From an uncultured Clostridia bacterium (GTDB taxonomy: Bacteria > Bacillota > Clostridia > Christensenellales > UBA1242), in NCBI GenBank assembly GCA_930971385.1, contig CAKNGB010000001.1:3670-67669 (forward strand): a stretch of DNA of 64,000 bases, read 5' to 3'. The translations under genes were made by a program, and so were the position numbers. Below, one piece after another: positions 9,042-19,402 of the stretch. The notes below the pieces were generated by a model. The model saw only the letters and a list, made by a program, of their open reading frames with translations, was not told the DNA's origin and made no database searches. Every line of letters begins with the position of its first letter. The stretch's first letter is position 1.

Positions 9042-11081
9042 TTATTTTTTCTTTGTCAAAAATCTACTTGGCTTTTTGTCGGCAACAAAGTATAGGTTGT
9101 GCAAGGCTCTTGTGGAAGCGACATAAAGAAGATTTCTGTCGAGTTCAGTTTTATAGTTCACATCATTTGCAAAAGGCACAATAACCATGTCAAATTCCAC
9201 GCCTTTGCTGTTGATGACGGTGGTTATTATGTTTTTCGCTTCACTCATCTCAGAATTTTCGTCAAGTTCCTCAAATTTAGCAATAATTTTGCTTTTTTCT
9301 TGTAAAAGTTCAATTTCTGCCTTACTCTTACATATTATGCACAAAATTCTATCTGGATATTTTTCCTCTTTTTCTTTTATTATCTCTTCAATTTTTTTAA
9401 TATAGTTTCTGCTTGTTAAAAACTTAACTTCCTCTCCATTTCGATTGACATTATTTGCCACGCGCTTACCTAAAATCTTTTGCGAGAAACGCGAAATTTG
9501 CAAGGTGCTTCGATAGGACTTAGTTAAATATTGCACTTTTGATTTGGTTTCTTTGGCAAGCATTTGAAGATATTCGTTAGATAATGTTTTGTCTATGCTT
9601 TGATGAATGTCGCCAAGATACATTTTTGGGCAGTGCCACAGTTTGTCGAAGAGGTAGAAGTGGCATGGGGTATAGTCTTGCATTTCGTCCACAATCACAT
9701 ATTTTGCGGTGTAGTTATGGTTGAAACCGAAAAGATTTTCCTTAATTAAAAGAATTTGCGCAATGTCATACGCTGTCACATTTTCAATTTCGTCAAGTTC
9801 CTGTGAGCGCAAAAAGATGTTGTAAATTCTTAAGGCGTCGGTGGTTATCATTTTGGAATATAAAATTTTCTTTGCGCGTTCAAAAAGTTCAGGATTTTTA
9901 CTTCTAGGAATGTTGAATAGGTCAACAATATGTTCCGCAATCGCTTCAATACGCTTATAAATTGGAAGTGTTTTTAATTTATTATAGTATATATCACGAA
10001 TTTCCTCTTCCGTTATCACAAGTGTGCCGAACACCAAGGTTTTTGGCACAAAAAGGTTGCAAATGTCGTTGTTCAAAAATTCCTTAAACGCTTCCAAAAA
10101 TTCAAAACTATATTTTATGGCGATGTTTTCAAAATCTTTTTGCTTGCCATTTGTTATAAGTTCATTTAAGGTTTCTTCTCTTGTTTTAAAGTCGAAGCCC
10201 AAAAGGCGTTTTGCAATATTTGAAAAAGTGGTGGTGTATGGTTTATCATCGCCAATCGACGGCAAAACCTCTTCAATATAATCAGCGAAAAGTTCGCTTG
10301 GCGAAAGCACCAAAATATCTTCGTTTTTCAAGGTGTTTCGGTATTTATAAAGTAGGTATGACACTCTGTGCATGGCAACCGATGTCTTTCCAGAGCCTGC
10401 CACACCTTGCACAATGGTGTTTTTAATTTCAGGGCTACGAATCAGCACATTTTGCTCTTTTTGAATGGTGGAAACAATGTCGTGCATTTTTGCGGTGGCG
10501 TTTTTGGAAAGTTCCTCCATTAAGATGTTATCGTCGATAACCAAATTGCTGTCGAGATAAAATTTCAAATCTCCATTTTCAATTTTAAACTGTCTTTTAA
10601 GCGAAAGGTTGCCTTTGATTTCTCCACTTGGGCTTTCATAGGAGCAAGGTCCTAAAACATCGTCGTAGTAAAGTGAGGAAATGTCGGCACGCCAGTCGAA
10701 CACAAGGTTATTGTTGTCCTTATCTTGCACATGACCAATGCCGATGTAATAGGAATTTTCTTTTTCCTCCTTATCCACTTTAAAATCAAATCTTCCAAAA
10801 TACGGATTTTTCTTTTGTTTCAAAAGGCGCAAAGAAAGTTTATTTAAGTTAACATTCAAAACTTCTAAGTTCTCAATTTGTAAGTTTACATTTGCTGCTT
10901 CATCACTGCCACTTTCTGGGTCATAAAGTGCATAAAAATCTTCAGCGAAATACTTTTTTAATTCTTCAATCTTATCTTTATTTTCTTCGATGGTGTTGTT
11001 TGTTTCTTTTTGTTTAACTTTAATTGTGTTTTGCACATTTTTTAGATATTTTTTCTCATTTTGGAAGACTTTTTTATCCAT
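9042..11081 (-). CDS. helD: UvrD/PcrA-superfamily helicase, HelD (helicase IV)-like
   Basis: Walker A VAGSGKTSVAMHR, DEMQD box, C-terminal VASTRALHNLY. A long N-terminal extension is typical of HelD. AGGAG RBS before the ATG at 11081. Confidence 0.75.
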   Translation of the reverse strand: MDKKVFQNEKKYLKNVQNTIKVKQKETNNTIEENKDKIEELKKYFAEDFYALYDPESGSDEAANVNLQIENLEVLNVNLNKLSLRLLKQKKNPYFGRFDFKVDKEEKENSYYIGIGHVQDKDNNNLVFDWRADISSLYYDDVLGPCSYESPSGEIKGNLSLKRQFKIENGDLKFYLDSNLVIDDNILMEELSKNATAKMHDIVSTIQKEQNVLIRSPEIKNTIVQGVAGSGKTSVAMHRVSYLLYKYRNTLKNEDILVLSPSELFADYIEEVLPSIGDDKPYTTTFSNIAKRLLGFDFKTREETLNELITNGKQKDFENIAIKYSFEFLEAFKEFLNNDICNLFVPKTLVFGTLVITEEEIRDIYYNKLKTLPIYKRIEAIAEHIVDLFNIPRSKNPELFERAKKILYSKMITTDALRIYNIFLRSQELDEIENVTAYDIAQILLIKENLFGFNHNYTAKYVIVDEMQDYTPCHFYLFDKLWHCPKMYLGDIHQSIDKTLSNEYLQMLAKETKSKVQYLTKSYRSTLQISRFSQKILGKRVANNVNRNGEEVKFLTSRNYIKKIEEIIKEKEEKYPDRILCIICKSKAEIELLQEKSKIIAKFEELDENSEMSEAKNIITTVINSKGVEFDMVIVPFANDVNYKTELDRNLLYVASTRALHNLYFVADKKPSRFLTKKK

Positions 11082-11175
11082 ATTTTCTCCTGCATACATT
11101 TTTGAAAGAAATGCGGGTCACAAAATTTCGTATTAAGTATATCACATATTGATAAAAAAATCTTAACGATTTCAC

Positions 11176-11211
11176 AAAAAAAATAAAAAAGCGTCAAAAT
11201 TTTTAACGCTT
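11176..11211 (-). terminator. terminator downstream of gyrA
   Basis: AGCGT...ACGCT hairpin (11190-11210) followed on the minus strand by a T-run. Confidence 0.55.
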
Positions 11212-11222
11212 TCTTAAAAATA

Positions 11223-13772
11223 TTATTCTTCGCTTGTTGGTTCGCCTGTTTCAGTGGTTGTTTCCACTTGTTCTTCTTGCTCGTTTAATGTTTCATCATC
11301 TGAAACCTCTTCCTCATCCTCGCGCTTAGTGAGTGCCACGCTGACAATTTTTGAATTGCCACGAAGTTTCATAATCTTCACACCTTGGCTGAGCCTTGAA
11401 TATGTGCTTATGTCATCAGTGTGTGTTCTTATGATAATGCCGTTGTCAGCAATCATAACAAGGTCACTGTCCTCCTCAATTTGTTTAAGAGCCACAAGTT
11501 TTCCCGTTTTTTCGTTGAATATGCCAGCCTTCACACCCATACCGCCACGCTGTTGAAGCCTAAATTCGTCTGCATCCGTCTGTTTGCCAAATCCGTTTTC
11601 GCTGATTGTGATTATCTTGCCATTTTCTCGAACGATTGCCATGTCAATAACAGCATCATTCTCGGAAAGTTTCATGCTCTTAACGCCTTGGCTATCTCTT
11701 CCCACTTGGCGAACATCCGTTTCGTTAAAGCGGATACATTTTCCTTCATGGGAGGCAATTAAAATGTCGTCACGGCCTGATGTGATGTCCACACCAATAA
11801 GTTCGTCACCGTCAAGAAGTTTAATGGCAATTTTTCCGCCTTTTCTTATGTTGTCATACTCTTTAAGCGGAGTTTTTTTGATAAGCCCATTCTTTGTTGC
11901 CATAATTAAATTTCCAGTGGCGTCTTTCTTAACTGGAATTATTGTTGCCACTTTTTCGCCAAGAGAAAGTTGCAAAAGGTTAATCATTGCTCTTCCTTTT
12001 GCTTGGCGCTGAGCCTCAGGAATTTCATAGGCTTTAAGGGAGTAAACTTTACCTAGGTTTGTGAAGAAGTATAGGTTATTGTGCGTGGAGGTTATGAAAA
12101 TCTTTTCCACAAAGTCCTCATCTTTGGTCTTATGTGCAGAAATGCCCACTCCACCGCGATGTTGCGCCTTATATTCATCCATTGCCATACGCTTGATGTA
12201 GCCAAGGTGTGTCATGGAGATGATAACATCTTCTTCGGCAATCAAATCTTCAATGTCAATTCCACCCATTTCCAAACTTATTTCCGTCTTTCTTTCGTCG
12301 CCATAGGTGTTTTTGATTTCTTCAAGGTTATCTCTGATAATTTTAAGAACACGCGCTGGTGTTTCCAAAATGTTTTTAAGGTCGGCAATCGTTCTTTCAA
12401 GTTCAGCAAGTTCCTCTTTCAGTTTTTCCACTTCCAAACTTGTCAGTTTTGAAAGTTTCATTTCCAAAATGGCATTTGCTTGAATTTCGTCAAGTTCAAA
12501 TTTTGTGGTTAAGTTGACCATAGCGTCTTGCTTATCTTTCGACGATTTAATCACTTGGATAACTTCGTCGATTGAGGCGAGTGCGATAACCAAACCTTTA
12601 ACAATATGTTCTCTTTCTTGTGCGCGTTTAAGGTCGAACTTGGTTTTTCTTATTAAAACTTCCTTTTGGTGTTCAAGATAGTAGTAAAGCATTTCTTTAA
12701 GGTTTAAAACTCTTGGCACGCCGTTAACCAAGGCAAGCATGATAATTCCGCTTGATTGTTGAAGCATGGTGTGTTTATAAAGCGAGTTTAAAACGACCTG
12801 TGCATTTGCGTCCTTCTTAACATCCACAACAACGCGAAGCCCTTCTCTGTCGCTTTCTTCCTTGATGTCGCTTATTCCGTCAATCTTTTTGTTCTTCACC
12901 ATATCTGCCATTTGAGTGATGAAGCGTGCTTTGTTCACTTGATATGGAAGTTCTGTGATAACAATTCTTTGCCTGCCAGACGAGGTCTCTTCAATTTCAG
13001 CACGACCTCTAACCAAAATTCCGCCACGGCCCGTTTTGTAGGCGTGTTTAATTGCCGTTCTTCCCATGATGATACCGCCAGTTGGATAGTCAGGCGCAGG
13101 GATGATTTTGATAAGTTCGTCGATGTCGATGTCTGGGTTGTCGATAAGCGCTTGCACGCCACTTATAACCTCTTTCAAGTTGTGAGGAGGAATGTTTGTT
13201 GCCATACCAACTGCAATGCCGTCCGCGCCGTTCACAAGAAGATTTGGGAATTTTGCAGGAAGCACAGTTGGTTGCATAAGGGTGTCGTCGAAGTTAGGAT
13301 AAAAGTCCACTGTTTCTTTGTCGATGTCCTCAAGCATAAGTGAGGCGATTTTGCTGAGTCTTGCCTCAGTGTAACGCTGTGCAGCAGGTGGGTCGCCGTC
13401 CACAGAGCCGAAGTTTCCATGCCCATCCACAAGAGGATAGCGAATGGAGAAATCTTGCGCTAAGCGGACAAGAGCGTCGTAGATGGAACTGTCGCCATGA
13501 GGGTGGTATTTACCCATAACTTCGCCGACAATTCTTGCACTTTTCTTGTGAGGTTTATCATAGAAGTTGTTAAGTTCGCCCATAGAGAAAAGTATTCTTC
13601 TATGCACTGGTTTAAGTCCGTCGCGAACATCTGGAATGGCACGGCTGACATTGACTGCCATGGCGTAAGAGATGAAAGACTTTTTAAGTTCTCCCACAAC
13701 TTCCACATTTTCCACTTTTTCGTTGGCAAGCAGGTCTTTTAAATTTTTCTTTTCTTCTTCTTTCTTGTTCAT
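11223..13772 (-). CDS. gyrA: DNA gyrase subunit A
   Basis: N-terminus [25 protein letters not shown], GyrA-box-type C-terminal beta-pinwheel repeats, and an acidic tail. Confidence 0.97.
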   Translation of the reverse strand: MNKKEEEKKNLKDLLANEKVENVEVVGELKKSFISYAMAVNVSRAIPDVRDGLKPVHRRILFSMGELNNFYDKPHKKSARIVGEVMGKYHPHGDSSIYDALVRLAQDFSIRYPLVDGHGNFGSVDGDPPAAQRYTEARLSKIASLMLEDIDKETVDFYPNFDDTLMQPTVLPAKFPNLLVNGADGIAVGMATNIPPHNLKEVISGVQALIDNPDIDIDELIKIIPAPDYPTGGIIMGRTAIKHAYKTGRGGILVRGRAEIEETSSGRQRIVITELPYQVNKARFITQMADMVKNKKIDGISDIKEESDREGLRVVVDVKKDANAQVVLNSLYKHTMLQQSSGIIMLALVNGVPRVLNLKEMLYYYLEHQKEVLIRKTKFDLKRAQEREHIVKGLVIALASIDEVIQVIKSSKDKQDAMVNLTTKFELDEIQANAILEMKLSKLTSLEVEKLKEELAELERTIADLKNILETPARVLKIIRDNLEEIKNTYGDERKTEISLEMGGIDIEDLIAEEDVIISMTHLGYIKRMAMDEYKAQHRGGVGISAHKTKDEDFVEKIFITSTHNNLYFFTNLGKVYSLKAYEIPEAQRQAKGRAMINLLQLSLGEKVATIIPVKKDATGNLIMATKNGLIKKTPLKEYDNIRKGGKIAIKLLDGDELIGVDITSGRDDILIASHEGKCIRFNETDVRQVGRDSQGVKSMKLSENDAVIDMAIVRENGKIITISENGFGKQTDADEFRLQQRGGMGVKAGIFNEKTGKLVALKQIEEDSDLVMIADNGIIIRTHTDDISTYSRLSQGVKIMKLRGNSKIVSVALTKREDEEEVSDDETLNEQEEQVETTTETGEPTSEE

Positions 13773-13790
13773 AACAGTTTCCTTTTATAT

Positions 13791-14165
13791 CTATTTACTT
13801 TTTCCAAAGATATTTAAAAATCGTTTTTTTGGATGTAAATCTTCATACGCTTCAATAGTTGAAGCAAAATTAGTTTCGTCACCAATTTGCAAATCGATGA
13901 AAGTCAATTTTTTATATGGATACCGCTCTATAAGTTTATAATAATCCTTAAATTTCTTTTTAAGTTCACCCAAAAATTCATTTTCCGTAATATCATGGTT
14001 CAAAAACAAATATCTTTGCATCACCTTTATTCTTTCCATATCCTCGTTTGTGATGTGATCATAAAACTTTTTATTATCTAGCATGGAAAACATAGAGGTC
14101 TTGCATGGCGTTCTATCCTTTTTGATTTTAATTTTTTTCTCTTTCAAAAATTCCTCAAAAGTCAT
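13791..14165 (-). CDS. hypothetical protein (124 aa) between gyrB and gyrA
   Basis: GGAGG RBS 4 nt upstream of the ATG. Co-oriented with, and tightly packed between, the MazG-like gene and gyrA. No motif recognised. Confidence 0.7.
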   Translation of the reverse strand: MTFEEFLKEKKIKIKKDRTPCKTSMFSMLDNKKFYDHITNEDMERIKVMQRYLFLNHDITENEFLGELKKKFKDYYKLIERYPYKKLTFIDLQIGDETNFASTIEAYEDLHPKKRFLNIFGKSK

Positions 14166-14234
14166 CGTTCCTCCGTCTTTTCAACATCTTTATTCATAAC
14201 AAATTTTAATTTTTCGTCCTAATCACTTAAAAGG

Positions 14235-14549
14235 TTATTCCTCTTCCAAATTTTTCTTTTCGGCACGCTTTAAGGCGCGTTCAAGTTTATATTTTTTTAT
14301 CTCCTCAACTTCCTTTTCACCGAACATATATGAAAGTTCTTCCATATTAATGGAAACATCGGCAATTTCTTCGCGCAAGTTTTCAAGAGCAATTTTCAGT
14401 TTTTCTTTATCACCGCTTTCTTGTGCGCGCTTATATTTACATATTGCTTGAATTAATTCGCCCATTTCTTCCACGGCGCATCTAAATTGAACATCTTCGC
14501 CAAAAGCGTCGAGAAGGACTTTATAAGGATTTTTTCTCACTTTAATCAT
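14235..14549 (-). CDS. small MazG-like all-alpha NTP pyrophosphohydrolase family protein
   Basis: Paired acidic helix motifs AVEEMGELIQAI and LREEIADV (EExxE ... ExxD pattern). The AGGAG RBS overlaps the gyrB stop codon. Confidence 0.6.
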   Translation of the reverse strand: MIKVRKNPYKVLLDAFGEDVQFRCAVEEMGELIQAICKYKRAQESGDKEKLKIALENLREEIADVSINMEELSYMFGEKEVEEIKKYKLERALKRAEKKNLEEE

Positions 14550-14557
14550 ACTTTCTC

Positions 14558-16546
14558 CTAAACATCAAGGTCTTTAACAAGGGTGGCGTTTTCTTCAATA
14601 AATTCACGCCTAAGTTCTGGGTCTTCGCCCATAAGTTGATTAAAAAGTTTATCCGCTTCAATCGCGTCGTCCATAGTGATTTTAAGAAGAATTCTGTGTT
14701 CTGGGTTCATCGTTGTTTCCCAAAGTTGTTCTGGGTTCATTTCGCCAAGACCTTTATATCTTTGAAGCGTGGTGCCTTTTCTTCCATTCTCTTCAAACCA
14801 CTTGTTTAACTCGTCGTCAGAATAGAAGTAATATTCCTCTTTTCCACGAGCAACTTTATATAGTGGTGGCTGTGCGGCGTAAACATGGCCGTTTTCAATG
14901 AGTGGGCGCATAAAGCGGAAGAAGAAGGTGAGAAGAAGTATTCTGATATGTGAGCCGTCAACATCGGCATCGGACATACAGATGATTTTGTTATAGCGAA
15001 GTTTCGATTCGTCAAAGTCATTTCCAGTGCCAGCACCAAAAGCGGTTATCATGGCGCGAATTTCGGCGTTTTCAAGAATTCTATTAAGCCTTGCTTTCTC
15101 CACGTTCAAAATCTTACCGCGAAGTGGCAAAATGGCTTGGAAACGCCTATCTCTGCCTTGTTTTGCACTTCCGCCAGCGGAATCTCCTTCCACGATGTAA
15201 ATTTCGCACACACTGCTGTCTTTTTCCGTGCAGTCGGCAAGTTTACCTGGAAGGGTGGTGTTTTCCAAAACGCTCTTACGCCTTGTCAGTTCTCTGGCAT
15301 TTCTTGCGGCATCTCTTGCGCGCTGAGCGGTGACACTTTTCATGATAAGTTCGCGTGCTTCGCTTGGGTGTTCTTCTAAGTAATCGCCAAAACTTTCTTG
15401 CATCGCTTTATAAACGATGTTTCGCATTTCGCTGTTGCCAAGTTTTGTTTTTGTTTGCCCTTCAAATTGAGGTTCGCGAAGTTTAACGGAAATAACGGCG
15501 GTGATACCTTCTCGGCAGTCTTCGCCAGATAGTTTTTCATTTTCTTTTATAAGTTTGTTTTTAACAGCATAGTCATTTATAACTTTTGTTAAGGCATTTT
15601 TGAAACCTTCAAGATGCGTTCCACCTTCCTCGGTGTTGATGTTGTTGGCGTAGGAGTTGATGATTTCGTTATATGAGTCGTTATATTGAAAACAAACCTC
15701 AATTTCGTTAACAACTTCACCTTTTTCGTTATGGTTAAACTTGTTGAAATAAACAGGGCAGGAGAGAAGTGTTTGTTTATTTGTGTTCAAATATTCCACA
15801 AACTCAATAATTCCACCTTTAAATTCAAAACGGTCGCTTTTTTCTCTGTCTTCGCGCCTATCTTCCAAAGTGATAACAAGCCCTTTGTTTAAAAAGGCAA
15901 TTTCACGGAAGCGGTTTTTGAGGGTGTCATAGTTAAATTCCACAGTTTCAAAAATTTCTGGGTCTGGCCAAAAGGTGATGGTTGTTCCGCGCTTATCTGT
16001 GGAGCCAATAACTTTGAGTGGTGCAACGGCTTTTCCGCGACTAAATTCAATGAAGTGATGTTTGCCATTTTGATAGACATCAGCAGTGAGTTTTGTGGAA
16101 AGAGCGTTAACGCAGGAAACACCAACGCCGTGAAGCCCGCCAGAGATTTTGTATCCCTGACCGCCAAATTTACCACCAGCGTGAAGTTTGGTTAAAACAA
16201 CCTCAACGGCACTTCTTCCCTCTTTTTCAATTATTCCAGTTGGAATGCCACGACCATTGTCAACAACGGTCAAAGAGCCGTCGGCGTTGATGATAACATT
16301 AATCTCGGTGCAGTAGCCAGCAAGAGCCTCGTCAATAGAGTTATCCACCACTTCTGTGACAAGGTGATGAAGCCCGTGCGCGTCGGTTGAGCCGATATAC
16401 ATTCCAGGGCGCTTTCTAACTGGGTCCAGCCCTTCAAGCACTTGAATTTCGCTTGCGTCATATTTTGTGCTTTGAGAAAGTTCCTTGCTTTCGTCAAGTT
16501 CGCTTCTAAGAGTAATTTCCTCATTTAATTCATTTTCATTTTCCAT
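14558..16546 (-). CDS. gyrB: DNA gyrase subunit B
   Basis: GHKL ATPase motifs ([22 protein letters not shown]), Toprim ([20 protein letters not shown]) and a GyrB C-terminal domain. Confidence 0.97.
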   Translation of the reverse strand: MENENELNEEITLRSELDESKELSQSTKYDASEIQVLEGLDPVRKRPGMYIGSTDAHGLHHLVTEVVDNSIDEALAGYCTEINVIINADGSLTVVDNGRGIPTGIIEKEGRSAVEVVLTKLHAGGKFGGQGYKISGGLHGVGVSCVNALSTKLTADVYQNGKHHFIEFSRGKAVAPLKVIGSTDKRGTTITFWPDPEIFETVEFNYDTLKNRFREIAFLNKGLVITLEDRREDREKSDRFEFKGGIIEFVEYLNTNKQTLLSCPVYFNKFNHNEKGEVVNEIEVCFQYNDSYNEIINSYANNINTEEGGTHLEGFKNALTKVINDYAVKNKLIKENEKLSGEDCREGITAVISVKLREPQFEGQTKTKLGNSEMRNIVYKAMQESFGDYLEEHPSEARELIMKSVTAQRARDAARNARELTRRKSVLENTTLPGKLADCTEKDSSVCEIYIVEGDSAGGSAKQGRDRRFQAILPLRGKILNVEKARLNRILENAEIRAMITAFGAGTGNDFDESKLRYNKIICMSDADVDGSHIRILLLTFFFRFMRPLIENGHVYAAQPPLYKVARGKEEYYFYSDDELNKWFEENGRKGTTLQRYKGLGEMNPEQLWETTMNPEHRILLKITMDDAIEADKLFNQLMGEDPELRREFIEENATLVKDLDV

Positions 16547-16690
16547 AACAGTTTCCTTATATTATATAAATATACTATATTATAACATATAATAGGAAAT
16601 TTCACAAGTCTTTTAAGGAAATTTCTTGTTGACTTATGTAGGTTTTTGTGTTAAACTAAATCTAAATTATTTGTTTTAAGAGGATATGAA

Positions 16691-17938
16691 ATGGAAAATG
16701 TTAAAAGACAAGTGCGCATAAAAAACAAGCCAGAATTTGTTTATAAACTTGGCAGACTTGCAGAGAATTTTGATTGTCACAGTGTGGATAGTAAACTTTT
16801 AAACCGATTGTCAAAAAAAGAGGTGTTTGTGCGTATTGGAAAAGGCAAAAAGGGTGCACCTCTATCCAATTTCTATGCTTTCGACAGAGTGAACACTAAA
16901 GAGTTAAATCGTAAACTTTCAATCATTTCCGATGTGGAAAGCCAGATGAAAAATGATGGTCATCTCATCGACGGGCTTAAAAGTTATAACAGAAATTTGT
17001 GGCTGGATTTTTCCAGAGAAAGCAATGCCATTGAAGGAGTTATGACAGACCTTCCAATCGATTTACTGGATTTCAGGGTGGAACTTCGCGAAAAGATTGC
17101 TTGCGACCCAAAACCTATAAACAAAAACCACAAAGAAATTTTCGATAAGTATGAATATTATAAATATCTTTTAAATCGCATTAAAGAAATTCAAGATAAC
17201 AATGAGGTTATCACAATTCAAGGCAACAATTTTTCGCATAAACTAAGCAAGAGCATGATAAGGCAATACATTGCTTTCAAATATGCCTATAAATCTGCCA
17301 AAATGGACAGACTTCTTCATCGTATGTCAGACAAGGAGAGAAACAAAATTTTGGGCGTGGAGGAGGTTGCCAAAAACCTTCCAAAACAAGAGAAAAAGAA
17401 GAAGGAAGAAGAGTTATACAGGCAGGATATTGAAAGAAGAAAAAACGAGTTTATTGACTTAATTATGTATGTCAATTCGCTAATCTCTGGCAACACCACA
17501 ACTGGTTTCAGAAGAACGCCAATCTATGTGAAAGGTGCAAACTGGGTTCCGCCTGACGAAAATGTGGTGTTTGAGCAGATGAATAACCTTGCCGAATTTA
17601 TTGTTGACGACAGAAAAAGCGGAAATTTAAGCCCGATTGAAAGGGCGGCAATCTTTCATGCCGAATTTATAAGAATTCATCCTTTTATGGACGGAAACGG
17701 GCGTACTGGCAGGATAATTTCCAACGCAATTTTAATTGAAAGTGAAATGCCAACGGTTTCGATTAGGTATAAAAACACCGAAAAATATTTCGACGCCATA
17801 AACACTGCAGTTGAAGAGCATGACGCCACAAAAATATGCACACTTTTTGAAAAAGGCGTGGAACAAAGCACAAATAAGATAATTGAATGTATGCAATTTT
17901 TAAGAAAAAAGCATAAAAATGAGGGGAAAACCCTTTAA
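16691..17938 (+). CDS. Fic family protein (class II, with intramolecular inhibitory helix motif)
   Basis: Fic active-site motif HPFMDGNGRTGR (nt 17678-17713). N-terminal SNAIEG (nt 17021-17038) matches the inhibitory (S/T)xxxE(G/N) motif. GAGGA RBS. Confidence 0.85.
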   Translation: MENVKRQVRIKNKPEFVYKLGRLAENFDCHSVDSKLLNRLSKKEVFVRIGKGKKGAPLSNFYAFDRVNTKELNRKLSIISDVESQMKNDGHLIDGLKSYNRNLWLDFSRESNAIEGVMTDLPIDLLDFRVELREKIACDPKPINKNHKEIFDKYEYYKYLLNRIKEIQDNNEVITIQGNNFSHKLSKSMIRQYIAFKYAYKSAKMDRLLHRMSDKERNKILGVEEVAKNLPKQEKKKKEEELYRQDIERRKNEFIDLIMYVNSLISGNTTTGFRRTPIYVKGANWVPPDENVVFEQMNNLAEFIVDDRKSGNLSPIERAAIFHAEFIRIHPFMDGNGRTGRIISNAILIESEMPTVSIRYKNTEKYFDAINTAVEEHDATKICTLFEKGVEQSTNKIIECMQFLRKKHKNEGKTL

Positions 17939-17984
17939 ATAAGACAATTTTCGCACCAATTTTGCAAATTTTTTCTCATAACTC

Positions 17985-18014
17985 TTGACAAGCAAGCATG
18001 AATTATAGTAGAAT
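17985..18014 (+). promoter_or_regulatory. promoter of tRNA-fMet
   Basis: TTGACA (17985-17990), 18-nt spacer, TAGAAT (18009-18014), about 30 nt upstream of the tRNA. Confidence 0.5.
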
Positions 18015-18043
18015 ACTATTGTTGCAAAACAAGGTGCAAATGA

Positions 18044-18120
<77 letters not shown>

Positions 18121-18165
18121 AAATAGTTAAGGGTTGGTATTCAACTCTTTTTTTGTTAACTATTC

Positions 18166-18286
18166 CTAAGGATTTGAACCTACGGTTCACCCGTTCCGGC
18201 GGAGTGTTGCAGGGGCAACACTCGTTCGAGCGGTAAACAAGCGCACGGGCTTGTTTACTAAATCGCTCTCCCTACCCTCGCAACCG
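18166..18286 (-). pseudogene. tRNA-fMet-derived inverted, degenerate copy carrying two inserted hairpins (family B copy 1)
   Basis: 18169-18184 is the exact reverse complement of the tRNA T-arm (18092-18107, 16 nt). 18271-18285 equals the tRNA 3' end (18105-18119, 15 nt). On the minus strand GCGAGGGTAGGGAGAGCG resembles the tRNA 5' end GCGAGGTAGAGCAGC. The 3' acceptor strand is missing, so it cannot fold as a tRNA. Internal hairpins are 9 bp (18202-18223) and 10 bp (18233-18258). Confidence 0.5.
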
Positions 18287-18318
18287 GTAAAAAAACTGCA
18301 CTCTTTGCTCGTTTTTGA

Positions 18319-18354
18319 CAAGTCAAAAAGCATCGCCTTTCAGTTTGTTTTTTT
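18319..18354 (+). terminator. terminator after the tRNA-fMet region, sharing a core with the terminator at 23632-23670
   Basis: Imperfect hairpin CAAGTCAAAAAGC atc GCCTTTCAGTTTG followed by T7. The 15-nt core AAAAGCATCGCCTTT is identical to 23643-23657. Confidence 0.55.
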
Positions 18355-18507
18355 ACTTTTTCACCAAAATACAATATATTTTGGTGATTATATGATTTTA
18401 GAAGGTTTGGTGAGAAGAAGTAGCGATTTTTTTTAAATATAATTGCAAATTTTCAAATTTGACATCACTTTTAATTAAAAAATAATTGGGTAGTTAATAT
18501 TTTCCAT

Positions 18508-18535
18508 TAAAAAAGCATATCGGTTGATATGCTTA
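18508..18535 (-). terminator. terminator of the membrane protein gene
   Basis: AAGCATATC / GATATGCTT hairpin followed by a T-run on the minus strand. Confidence 0.6.
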
Positions 18536-18544
18536 AACTAAATT

Positions 18545-19333
18545 TTAAAACATTAAAATGGCAATGGCGAACATTATATAGGAAAAGTATAGGATGATGT
18601 TTATGCGTCTTTCTTTTGTGTACCAGCAAGTAAGGATGTATGAGGCAAGGCAAAGCGAGCCAATCGCATAGAAAAGGGTGGCAAGTGTGAAGCCATAGAT
18701 GAGTGCAGAGATAATTTGCCCAACCAGCATACCAACAGAAAGGTAGGTGAAAGCGCAAGAGACAACGTCTAAAATATTTGCCTCTCTGTCGCCAAGATAG
18801 ATGATGCAAATGCCAATTATGCACATAGGAATGCCAAGAAGCATACCGAATGGTGAGGTTTTGCCAACATAAAGCCCGCTGAAAGCCACCAAAAATGAGG
18901 TCAAAAGGAAGGCGGTGGTTTCAAAAATTCTTCCGTTACTTAAGTTAAAAAGTTCGTATAAAGATTTTCTCTGTTTAATTTTTCTAACTTTTGTTTCGCG
19001 TTTAATAACTTCCTTATTCTCTTCTTTTTCCTCTTCTTTAACTTCTTCTTGCGCCTCTTCTGTTGTTTCATTTTCTTCTTCAAGGGTGTCTTTAATTTTA
19101 TAGCCAAACAAAATTAAGAATAGTGGCGCGATAGACACAATCAAAATTATGCTGAAACCATTAAAGCCGTTTTCATAGTTTGCTGAAAGCACATTCACAA
19201 CGATAAGAAGTGCCAGTGTCAAGGCGGAGGAAAGATAAAAGAAAATTCCTTTTTTCTTTGCAAAACAGGTGGCAACCATAAGTGCACCACAAGCCACAAA
19301 CATAATGATAAGCGATGCTAATAACATATCCAT
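18545..19333 (-). CDS. polytopic membrane protein with a central Glu/Lys-rich loop, function unknown
   Basis: Several hydrophobic helices flank an EEENETTEEAQEEVKEEEKEENKE linker. The ORF-track start at 19375 is TTG; the first ATG is at 19333. No clear RBS. Confidence 0.65.
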   Translation of the reverse strand: MDMLLASLIIMFVACGALMVATCFAKKKGIFFYLSSALTLALLIVVNVLSANYENGFNGFSIILIVSIAPLFLILFGYKIKDTLEEENETTEEAQEEVKEEEKEENKEVIKRETKVRKIKQRKSLYELFNLSNGRIFETTAFLLTSFLVAFSGLYVGKTSPFGMLLGIPMCIIGICIIYLGDREANILDVVSCAFTYLSVGMLVGQIISALIYGFTLATLFYAIGSLCLASYILTCWYTKERRINIILYFSYIMFAIAILMF

Positions 19334-19402
19334 ATTATAAACAAAAAAAATAAAATTGCCAAACAATTTACGCAATTTTATTTTTATTAAATTAATATAT
19401 CA

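Noticed and set aside
18251-18824. ORFs 18251..18436 (+) and 18507..18824 (-)
   Set aside because: The first spans the tRNA-derived repeat, a terminator and AT-rich spacer, with no RBS. The second is an out-of-frame overlap of the membrane protein gene, with His/Cys/Trp-rich nonsense composition.
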